This document shows positions 25,218 through 32,000 of a stretch of DNA of 32,000 nt, one piece after another; within the stretch, counting starts at the first letter, position 1, and every line of letters starts with the position of its first letter. Origin of the DNA: Acidothermus cellulolyticus 11B. Lineage in GTDB: Bacteria > Actinomycetota > Actinomycetes > Acidothermales > Acidothermaceae. The DNA lies in contig NC_008578.1 in assembly GCF_000015025.1 (NCBI RefSeq), forward strand, positions 2,010,001 through 2,042,000. Reading direction: 5' to 3'. The notes below the pieces were generated by a model. The model was not told where the DNA came from. It saw only the letters and a program-made list of their open reading frames with translations, and made no database searches. The translations under genes and the position numbers were made by a program.

Positions 25218-25829
25218 TCACCGGGTGGTCACGAAGGCCCGGATGCCGTCCGCCGCGAGCTGAACGGCAATAGCGGAGAGCAGGAGTCCGAACACGCGCG
25301 TGATCAGCGTCACCCCGCTCCGGCGTACCACCCGTAAGATCACTTCAGAGAAGCGGAGGGTCACCCAGAGCACCAGGTGGACCGCGAGAATTCCCGCCGC
25401 CAACGCGAGCACAGCACCGACGGTGTGCACTCCCCGCGCAAAGACGATCGTCGCCGCGATCGCCCCCGGGCCGGCGAGGAGCGGTGTGCCGAGCGGCACC
25501 ATCGAGACGTTGACTTCTTCTTCCGGGCTCGGCTGACCGCCCCAGCCCATGAGCAATTCCAACGCGACAAGGAGAAGCAGCAGTCCACCGGCGACCTGGA
25601 GTGCCGGCAACGAGATGTGCAGGAACTGCAACACCTGCTGGCCAAAGAGCGCGAAGCTGACGATCACCGTGAGCGCGGTGAGCACCGCGATGTCGGCGCT
25701 GCGGTTGCGGGACCGCCGGCTCGTCGCGCCGGTGAGGGCGAGGAAGACCGGGATCGAACCCACCGGATCCATGATCACAACTAGCGTGACGAAGACGCTC
25801 CCGAAGAACCGGCCGTCGAACCAGCTCAC
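25218..25829 (-). CDS. MarC/UPF0056 family integral membrane protein
   Basis: It reads VSWFDGRFFGSVFVTLVVIMDPVGSIPVFLALT..., multi-TM, with PLGTPLLAGPGAI. Its GTG start overlaps the stop of the PHP gene (GTGA at 25826-25829). The upstream part of the 330-aa ORF is Arg-rich and out of character. Confidence 0.8.
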   Translation of the reverse strand: MSWFDGRFFGSVFVTLVVIMDPVGSIPVFLALTGATSRRSRNRSADIAVLTALTVIVSFALFGQQVLQFLHISLPALQVAGGLLLLLVALELLMGWGGQPSPEEEVNVSMVPLGTPLLAGPGAIAATIVFARGVHTVGAVLALAAGILAVHLVLWVTLRFSEVILRVVRRSGVTLITRVFGLLLSAIAVQLAADGIRAFVTTR

Positions 25830-26680
25830 CGGTGGATCACCGCCGTGCCGCTGGCTCGCGCCACGAGTTCCTCGAACACGTCCGGCGCCGTGGTGTTCGC
25901 CCCGATCGCCACGGATTTCACTGAGCCGTGGTAGTCGCTCGACCCGGTCACCAGCAGGCTGAGATCGCCGGCGAGGCTGCGGAGCCGGTGCCGCGTCTCG
26001 GCGTCGTGATCGGGGTGATCGACCTCCAGTCCGTCGAGGCCGGCGGCGGCGAGCTCCGCGATGTAGCTCTCCGCCACGACAGCCCCCCGGGTCGAGGCCG
26101 CCGGATGAGCGAAAACCACCACACCACCAGCTGCATGGACCAGCTGGATCGCCCGCACCGGATCGAGCGAGTACTTCTCGACGTACGCCCGGCCGCCGTT
26201 GCCGATCCACTCGGTGCTGAACGCCGCGGCGACGTCGCTCACCACACCGGCCTCAGCCAACGCCCGGGCGATGTGCGGCCGGCCGACCGCTCCCCCGCCG
26301 GCGATCCGCTCGACCATCGACCAACTGACCGGTGCGCCGAGTTCGCCCAACCTGCGGACCATTTCCTTTGCGCGGCGTACACGATCGGTGCGAAGCCTGT
26401 GCAGTTCGGCAGCAAGCGGCGGATACCGCGGATCAAAGAGATAGCCGAGAAGGTGGAGGCTGATCCCACCGGCCAGGCAGGAGATTTCCACCCCGGGAAC
26501 GAGCTGCACCGCAGGGCCGTCGGCGCGCACCGCGTCGGCCGCTTCGGCCCACCCGTCCGTGGTGTCGTGATCTGTCAGCGCTAACACCTGGACGCCGGCC
26601 GCGCGGGCCACGGCGACGACGTCCGCCGGCGGGTCCGTTCCGTCCGAGGCGGTGGAGTGAACGTGCAAGTCGATGCGCAT
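25826..26680 (-). CDS. PHP-domain metal-dependent phosphoesterase (TrpH/YciV-like)
   Basis: It reads MRIDLHVHSTASDGT...LALTDHDT...FAHP...SDYHG. The ATG at 26680 follows GGAAGGG by 7 nt. Confidence 0.88.
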   Translation of the reverse strand: MRIDLHVHSTASDGTDPPADVVAVARAAGVQVLALTDHDTTDGWAEAADAVRADGPAVQLVPGVEISCLAGGISLHLLGYLFDPRYPPLAAELHRLRTDRVRRAKEMVRRLGELGAPVSWSMVERIAGGGAVGRPHIARALAEAGVVSDVAAAFSTEWIGNGGRAYVEKYSLDPVRAIQLVHAAGGVVVFAHPAASTRGAVVAESYIAELAAAGLDGLEVDHPDHDAETRHRLRSLAGDLSLLVTGSSDYHGSVKSVAIGANTTAPDVFEELVARASGTAVIHR

Positions 26681-26719
26681 GCGGCACCCTTCCGCGCTCA
26701 CGATCATCTGCGGCCCACG

Positions 26720-27367
26720 TTATCGGGCAAGGGCGGCGAGGTGTGGGGCGAGGGCGCCGTGTGGGATGTCGAGCCCGTCGGTCCGCTCGACGAGATCCAC
26801 CAGGTGGTGGGCTTCGAGCAGAAGCACTCCGGCGGACGCCGGCCAGAGCAGCGCCCAGAGCCAGGCCGCCCGAGCCTCCCCGACGAATGCCGCGACCCCT
26901 GGATCACCGGGGATTCCCCAGAGCGGCGTCGGGTGTCCGGCAGCCTCGACTTTGGCGTGCGGAGGGCCGGCGTCGAAGCCACGCCCCGGATCGGGACCGG
27001 GGAGTCCGGCGAGCCACGCGCCGAGTCCGACCCCTGGGCTCTCGGCGACAAGGAACCACTCCGCCGCACCGCCGAGCGGACCAGGTCCGGAGAGAGCGAC
27101 GACGGTGGCGACCGCGCCGGTGCGATCCTCCCCTGCGTACGTGCAGCCGCTCACCAACCATCCGTTGGGCAGCGGCCACGGCAGCCACACGGGCAGCTGG
27201 CCGCGCGCAGCTTGGCGGCGGAGATGGTCAAGTGCGTCCTGACCCGGTCTGCCCGCGGGATGCAACGGCGCGACGCTGCCGTGCTCGGCGCAGGTCCACG
27301 TACTGGACCACGGGCTCGGGGGCCGGACAATCGCCCCGCAGCGTGGACAAACCGGCACGGCACGCAT
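26720..27367 (-). CDS. Conserved actinobacterial hypothetical protein with an N-terminal zinc-ribbon (possibly the DUF6758 family)
   Basis: 215 aa, MRAVPVCPRCGAIVRPPSPWSSTWTCAEHG..., with good third-position GC. The family name is from memory only. Confidence 0.65.
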   Translation of the reverse strand: MRAVPVCPRCGAIVRPPSPWSSTWTCAEHGSVAPLHPAGRPGQDALDHLRRQAARGQLPVWLPWPLPNGWLVSGCTYAGEDRTGAVATVVALSGPGPLGGAAEWFLVAESPGVGLGAWLAGLPGPDPGRGFDAGPPHAKVEAAGHPTPLWGIPGDPGVAAFVGEARAAWLWALLWPASAGVLLLEAHHLVDLVERTDGLDIPHGALAPHLAALAR

Positions 27368-27397
27368 GCCTTCGACGGTCCATCATCAGCCGCGCCC

Positions 27398-27445
27398 GCG
27401 TCAAGACCGTATTGCCTGCGTCAAGACCGTATTGCTCGCGGCAAT
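27398..27445. promoter_or_regulatory. Candidate operator: two perfect 18-bp direct repeats at 20-bp spacing, plus a short inverted repeat, in a divergent promoter region
   Basis: gcgtcaagaccgtattgc occurs at 27398-27415 and 27418-27435. It is followed by attgc-tcgcg-gcaat (27431-27445). The element lies between the start of the zinc-ribbon gene (27367) and the start of the NUDIX-LacI gene (27482). Confidence 0.4.
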
Positions 27446-27481
27446 GCGCACCGCCCACGACGACCGCCGTAGGCTGCGGAC

Positions 27482-28903
27482 ATGCCGGAAATCCCCGCGG
27501 TGGGCGGGATTGCCGTTGTCGACGGCAAGCTCCTGTTGGTGCGGCGCGGACGACCGCCGTCCGCCGGTTCGTGGTCGGTGCCCGGAGGTCGGGTCGAACC
27601 GGGTGAAGACGACCAGGCCGCCCTGGTCCGCGAATTCCGGGAGGAGACCGGCCTGCTGGTCAGCGTGAAGGAACTGCTCGGGGAGGTGCGCCGGCCGGGG
27701 CCGGCCGGCACGACATACCGGATCCGGGATTACCGGGTCGAGCTGGTCACCCCTGCCACGGCCGTCGCCGGGGACGACGCCGCAGACGTTGCGTGGGTCC
27801 CGCTGGACGCCGTCGCCCGGTATCCACTCAGTCCCGGCTTGCTCCGCGCCCTGCAGCGTTGGGGGATCGTGCCGCCGGCGGCGTACCGGCATCCGAGCCA
27901 CGGTTCGCCAACGTTGGAGGAGGTCGCGGCCCACGCCGGGGTGTCGCGCGCGACAGTCTCCCGCGTGGTCAACGATTCACCGCGGGTCTCTCCAGCGGTG
28001 CGGGAGGCCGTTCTCCGCTCGATCGAGGAACTTGGCTATGTACCGAACCGCGCTGCGCGCACCCTGGTCACCCGACGCACGGACACGATCGCGTTGGTGA
28101 TTTCCGAACCGGAATCGCGGTTGTTCTCCGACCCGGTGCTGGCCGGTTTCGTTCGCGGCATCGCCGATGTCCTGGCCGGTACCGACTACATGTTCGTGCT
28201 CCTCACCGCGCAACCGGACACCGAACGGATCGCCCGCTACATCCGCAACGGCCATGCGGACGGCGTCATCCTGATGTCCTTGCACGGCGATGACCCGCTC
28301 GTCGGCATGCTGGAAGCCCGGCGGATGCCGGCGGTTCTCTCCGGCCGGCCGCTCGGCCGGGGACACACGATCCCGTACGTTGACGCCGACAACGTCGGTG
28401 GAGCGCGGCAAGCGACGGAGTACCTGGTCCGCCAAGGACGTCGCACCATCGTCTCCATCACCGGGCCGATGGAAATGTGCGCGGCGATTGACCGGCTTGC
28501 CGGATTCCGCAGCGGACTGCCACCGGAGCTGCGCCGCCGTTGGCGCAGCCTCATCGCCACCGGAGCGTTCACCGAGGAGAGCGGCGAACGGGCGATGGCT
28601 GAGCTGCTGGAACGCGTTCCTGACCTTGACGCCGTTTTCGCCGCCAACGATTTGATGGCGGCTGGTGCACTCCGGGTGTTGAAGGCAGCCGGACGACGCG
28701 TGCCGGACGACGTCGCGCTCGTCGGTTTCGACGATTCCAGCGCCGCCCGCCACACCGATCCGCAGTTGACGAGCGTCCGACAGTCTGCCGAGGAATTGGG
28801 ACAGAACATGGCCAAGCTACTGCTCGTCCAGTTGGCGGATCCCGATGCCCGGCCGGATCCCGTGATCCTCCCGACCGAGCTCGTCATCCGCGAGTCGGCC
28901 TGA
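27482..28903 (+). CDS. NUDIX hydrolase domain fused in frame to a LacI-family transcriptional regulator
   Basis: A 473-aa uninterrupted ORF. The NUDIX box GGRVEPGEDDQAALVREFREETGL lies at 27584-27655. The LacI HTH PTLEEVAAHAGVSRATVSRVVN starts at 27908 and is followed by a periplasmic-binding-fold effector domain. No stop codon separates the domains. An in-frame GTG at 27869 follows GGGGGA. Confidence 0.8.
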   Translation: MPEIPAVGGIAVVDGKLLLVRRGRPPSAGSWSVPGGRVEPGEDDQAALVREFREETGLLVSVKELLGEVRRPGPAGTTYRIRDYRVELVTPATAVAGDDAADVAWVPLDAVARYPLSPGLLRALQRWGIVPPAAYRHPSHGSPTLEEVAAHAGVSRATVSRVVNDSPRVSPAVREAVLRSIEELGYVPNRAARTLVTRRTDTIALVISEPESRLFSDPVLAGFVRGIADVLAGTDYMFVLLTAQPDTERIARYIRNGHADGVILMSLHGDDPLVGMLEARRMPAVLSGRPLGRGHTIPYVDADNVGGARQATEYLVRQGRRTIVSITGPMEMCAAIDRLAGFRSGLPPELRRRWRSLIATGAFTEESGERAMAELLERVPDLDAVFAANDLMAAGALRVLKAAGRRVPDDVALVGFDDSSAARHTDPQLTSVRQSAEELGQNMAKLLLVQLADPDARPDPVILPTELVIRESA

Positions 28904-28979
28904 GTAAGACATCCGCGGGTCAGCCCGCCTGCGTCATCCGCGGGTAAGCCTGAGCGAAGAGCCTGGCATCAAGGCATTG

Positions 28980-28996
28980 CCGGCCGCGGCGGCCGG
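28980..28996. terminator. GC-rich palindrome between convergent genes (possible bidirectional terminator stem)
   Basis: ccggccg-cgg-cggccgg lies between the LacI stop (28903) and the mmsA stop (29068). There is no U-tract. Confidence 0.25.
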
Positions 28997-29067
28997 TTGA
29001 CGCCTCAGGTGCCCGGCGGGCGGTCGTCGCCGGCGGGCAACCGGTCCTGGCGCCGCCCGCCAACCGG

Positions 29068-30558
29068 TCACGTCGCCGTCGGGAAGTGGAAACTCGCCTG
29101 CTGCGCCGCCTCGACCTGGGGCCACCTGCTGGTCACCGCCTTCAGGCGCGTGTAGAACGCGACGCCCTCCGGTCCGTGCACGTGGCGCTCGCCGAAGAGC
29201 GAGTCTTTCCAGCCGCCGAATGAGTAGTAGGCCATCGGCGTTGGAATGGGAACGTTGATGCCGATCATCCCGGCGGTGACCTCCCGCTGGAACCGCCGAG
29301 CCGCCGCTCCGCTGGACGTGAAAATCGCGGCGCCGTTGCCGTACGGATTGGCGTTCACCAGCCGGATCGCCTCATCGATTGTCCCGACACGGACCACCGA
29401 GAGCACCGGGCCGAAGATTTCCTCGCGGTACACGTCCATCGCCGGGGTGACCTCGTCGAGCACCGTCGGGCCAAGGAAGAACCCCTTCTCGTATCCGGGC
29501 ACCACGTGGCTCCGCCCGTCGACGAGAAGTCGGGCGCCCTGCTCCACACCGCGGTTGACCAGACCGGTAATGCGCTCCTTGGCGGCAGCTGTGATCACGG
29601 GACCCATCTGGCTCTCCGGCTCCCACCCCGGTCCGACCCGGATTTTCCGTGCCTCCTCGGTTATGGCGTCAACGACCTGTCCGTCGCCGACGGCCACCGC
29701 GACGGAGATGGCCATGCACCGTTCGCCGGCGGAGCCGAACGCCGCAGCGGCCACATGTTCGGCGGCGTAGCCGGGGTCGACGTCCGGCAACACCACCGCG
29801 TGATTCTTCGCCCCGCCGAGGGCCTGGACCCGCTTGCCCGCGGCGGTCGCCCGGGCATGCACGTAGCGGGCGACCGGTGTCGAACCAACGAATGAGATCG
29901 CCGCGATCCCTGGATGGTCGAGCAGGGCGTCCACCGCCTCCCGGTCACCGTTGATGACGGTGAACACCCCGTCGGGCAGTCCGGCCTCCTGCCAGAGCCG
30001 GGCGACCATTTGCGACGCGCTGGGATCGCGTTCACTCGGCTTCAGAATGAAGGCATTTCCGCAGGCGATCGCGATCGGGTGCATCCACATCGGCACCATC
30101 ACCGGAAAATTGAACGGCGTGATACCGGCGACCACGCCCAGCGGCTGGCGGAACGAGAAGGCATCGACACCGGTCGAGACCTGATCGGAATAGTCACCCT
30201 TGAGCAGGGTCGGGATTCCGCAGGCGAGTTCGACGACCTCCAGCCCCCGTTGGACTTCACCGCGGGCGTCCGCCAGGACTTTGCCGTGCTCCTCGCAAAT
30301 AATGCGGGCAAGCTCATCCATGTGGTCGGCCACCAGACGCCGGAATTCGAAGAGGATTTTTGTGCGGGCGGCGAGGGAGGTTTGCGACCACTGCTCGAAT
30401 GCCGCTGTTGCCGACCTGACGGCGGCGTCGACGTCTTCGGCGGCAGCGAAAACCACGACACCGGTCTGTTCACCGGTCGCTGGGTTGAACACCGGCCCGG
30501 TCCGCGTTCCGCTGCCCGTCGTCGATTTACCGTCTACCCAGTGCTCGATCTGCTTCAT
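29068..30558 (-). CDS. mmsA: CoA-acylating methylmalonate-semialdehyde dehydrogenase (MmsA/IolA)
   Basis: It reads MKQIEHWVDGK...FNFPVMVPMWM...KPSERDP...FVGST, has the catalytic-Cys context GERCMA, and ends with the EIFGPVL motif. I take the ATG at 30558. The upstream 173 codons of the 669-aa ORF overlap iolD and are Arg/Pro-rich. Confidence 0.92.
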   Translation of the reverse strand: MKQIEHWVDGKSTTGSGTRTGPVFNPATGEQTGVVVFAAAEDVDAAVRSATAAFEQWSQTSLAARTKILFEFRRLVADHMDELARIICEEHGKVLADARGEVQRGLEVVELACGIPTLLKGDYSDQVSTGVDAFSFRQPLGVVAGITPFNFPVMVPMWMHPIAIACGNAFILKPSERDPSASQMVARLWQEAGLPDGVFTVINGDREAVDALLDHPGIAAISFVGSTPVARYVHARATAAGKRVQALGGAKNHAVVLPDVDPGYAAEHVAAAAFGSAGERCMAISVAVAVGDGQVVDAITEEARKIRVGPGWEPESQMGPVITAAAKERITGLVNRGVEQGARLLVDGRSHVVPGYEKGFFLGPTVLDEVTPAMDVYREEIFGPVLSVVRVGTIDEAIRLVNANPYGNGAAIFTSSGAAARRFQREVTAGMIGINVPIPTPMAYYSFGGWKDSLFGERHVHGPEGVAFYTRLKAVTSRWPQVEAAQQASFHFPTAT

Positions 30559-30610
30559 CGGAGGCTTCCTTCCGGTCTTTTCTCTCCTCGGTATGGACGC
30601 TGGCGGGCTT

Positions 30611-32000
30611 TCACAGGTATGGGCGCTGCCGGGCCTTTGCCGCTTGGTATTCGGCGTAGGCGGCACGCGTGGACTCCAGGTCCGAGACCTCGGCGACCGG
30701 CACGTCCCACCACGCCTCGCTGTCGGGCGCGGAGGGCGTCGGATCGGTCTCGATGCAGATGAGCACCGGACGTGTCTCGGCTTTCGCTTTCTCGAGGAGC
30801 CCGCGGAGTTCGTCGACCGTCTCCGCCCGCCAGGCCACCATGCCGAGACTGGCGGCATTCGCGGTGAAATCGATCGGCAGGATGTCACCGTCCAGCCGGC
30901 CGGTGAGACGGCTGCGGTAGCGATAATTCGTGCCGAAGCGTTGACCCCCCACGCTTTCGGACAACGAGCCGATCGATGCAAAACCGTGGTTGTCCAGAAG
31001 AACAACGATGATTTTGATCTGCTCCTGCACCGCGGTGACCAGCTCACCGGGAAGCATGAGATAGGAGCCGTCACCAACCATTACGAAAATCTCCCGGTCC
31101 GGGCACGCCAATTTCGCCCCGATGCCGGCCGGAATCTCAAAGCCCATGCAGGAGTAGCCGTACTCCACGTGATAGCTGCGGGGATCCCTGGCCCGCCACA
31201 GCTTATGAAGGTCGCCCGGCAGAGACCCTGCGGCACAAATCACCGTGCCTGTCTCACCAGCAGCCTCACCGACGGCACCAATGACCTCACTCTGCCGGGG
31301 CAGCCCGGAACTGCGTTGCCGATACACGTCAAAGACCGTTGCCCGCCATGCGTCGGCCTGCCGGCGCGCTTCGGCGCTGTATTCCTCGGGCACCCGCCAA
31401 CCGGCAAGCGCCTCACGCAACGCGTCGAGGCCGGCCCGGGCATCGGCGACGACCGGTAACGCGGCAAGCTTCGCGGCGTCCGATGGCGTGATATTGAGGT
31501 GGACGAAGCGGACGTCCGGCGCGCCGAAGATGGTCGAGGACGCGGTGGTGAAATCGCCAAACCGGGTGCCGATCCCGAGCACGAGATCCGCGGTCGACGC
31601 CATCGCATTGGCAGCAGGCGTTCCGGTCGAGCCGATTGCCCCAAGGCACAGGGGATGGTCGTAACGGATAGCCGGCTTTCCGGCTTGCGTCACGGCGACC
31701 GGAATGCCGGTGGCATCGACGAAAGCACGGAGCGCGTCGGTCGCGTCGGAATAAATGACGCCTCCGCCGGCGACTATGAGCGGACGGGACGACGCCGTGA
31801 CAGCCTCAACGGCACGGCGAAGCGCAGCCGGATCCGGCGGCGTCCGGCGTATCGGCCAGACGCGTTCGGCGAAGAGTTCAACGGGCCAGTCGTAAGCCTG
31901 GGCCTGAACGTCTTGCGGAAGTGCGAGCGTCACCGCGCCGGTTTCCGCCGGATCGGTGAGCACCTGCATCGCGGCGAGCAGGCTGCGGGGAAGCTGCTCC
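30611..32000 (-). CDS. iolD: ThDP-dependent 3D-(3,5/4)-trihydroxycyclohexane-1,2-dione acylhydrolase (IolD); the 5' end lies outside the window
   Basis: It reads ...VLTDPAETGAVTLALPQDVQ..., has the ThDP motif region MVGDGSYLM...N and the tail ...EYQAAKARQRPYL. The frame stays open upstream of the first Met through to position 32000. Confidence 0.88.
   Translation of the reverse strand, partial: EQLPRSLLAAMQVLTDPAETGAVTLALPQDVQAQAYDWPVELFAERVWPIRRTPPDPAALRRAVEAVTASSRPLIVAGGGVIYSDATDALRAFVDATGIPVAVTQAGKPAIRYDHPLCLGAIGSTGTPAANAMASTADLVLGIGTRFGDFTTASSTIFGAPDVRFVHLNITPSDAAKLAALPVVADARAGLDALREALAGWRVPEEYSAEARRQADAWRATVFDVYRQRSSGLPRQSEVIGAVGEAAGETGTVICAAGSLPGDLHKLWRARDPRSYHVEYGYSCMGFEIPAGIGAKLACPDREIFVMVGDGSYLMLPGELVTAVQEQIKIIVVLLDNHGFASIGSLSESVGGQRFGTNYRYRSRLTGRLDGDILPIDFTANAASLGMVAWRAETVDELRGLLEKAKAETRPVLICIETDPTPSAPDSEAWWDVPVAEVSDLESTRAAYAEYQAAKARQRPYL

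Noticed and set aside
25830-26210. N-terminal 127 codons of the 330-aa ORF containing the MarC-family gene
   Set aside because: They overlap the PHP phosphoesterase gene and are Arg-rich. The membrane protein starts at GTG 25829, overlapping the PHP stop (GTGA).
30559-31077. N-terminal 173 codons of the 669-aa ORF containing mmsA
   Set aside because: They overlap the 3' part of iolD in another frame and are Arg/Pro/Ser-rich. The aldehyde dehydrogenase homology begins at MKQIEHW (ATG 30558).

Overview
Very GC-rich, densely coding chromosomal segment of actinobacterial type. I call 28 CDS, 22 of them on the minus strand. No rRNA, tRNA, CRISPR array, transposase or integrase was recognised.

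Layout, left to right:
- 1-1703: a partial M20 peptidase and a universal stress protein.
- 1690-8571: an AdnB/AdnA-type helicase-nuclease pair.
- 8753-12581: MoeZ (ThiF plus rhodanese), an alpha/beta hydrolase, a hypothetical protein and a SAM methyltransferase.
- 12778-14616: an orphan cytochrome b-like membrane protein with a large insertion.
- 14762-16528: a small acidic ORF, a DUF3107/TB9.4-like protein, a ferritin-like protein and a small CxxC protein.
- 16706-24619: a chemosensory (che) locus, cheA-cheW-unknown-cheB-cheR-cheY-cheX-cheY. There is no MCP or flagellar gene in the window.
- 24733-27367: LMW-phosphatase-type ArsC, a MarC-family membrane protein, a PHP phosphoesterase and a zinc-ribbon hypothetical.
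- 27482-28903: a single ORF joining a NUDIX domain to a LacI-family regulator.
- 29068-32000: inositol-catabolism genes (mmsA/iolA and a partial iolD).

Most worth following up:
- The CheA lacks a P2 domain. In its place are a Pro/Ala-rich linker and two tandem T2SS-E N-terminal (MshEN)-like motifs, which suggests a cyclic-di-GMP input. It also ends in two CheW-like domains.
- An uncharacterised gene of about 300-330 aa sits between cheW and cheB.
- The NUDIX-LacI fusion has perfect direct repeats in its promoter region.
- The partner-less cytochrome b has an insertion of about 200 aa and a degenerate PEWY motif.
- VNTR-like tandem repeats are frequent, including in-frame 42-bp duplications in both adnA and adnB.

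Most long plus-strand ORFs in the track are antisense shadow ORFs typical of high-GC DNA.
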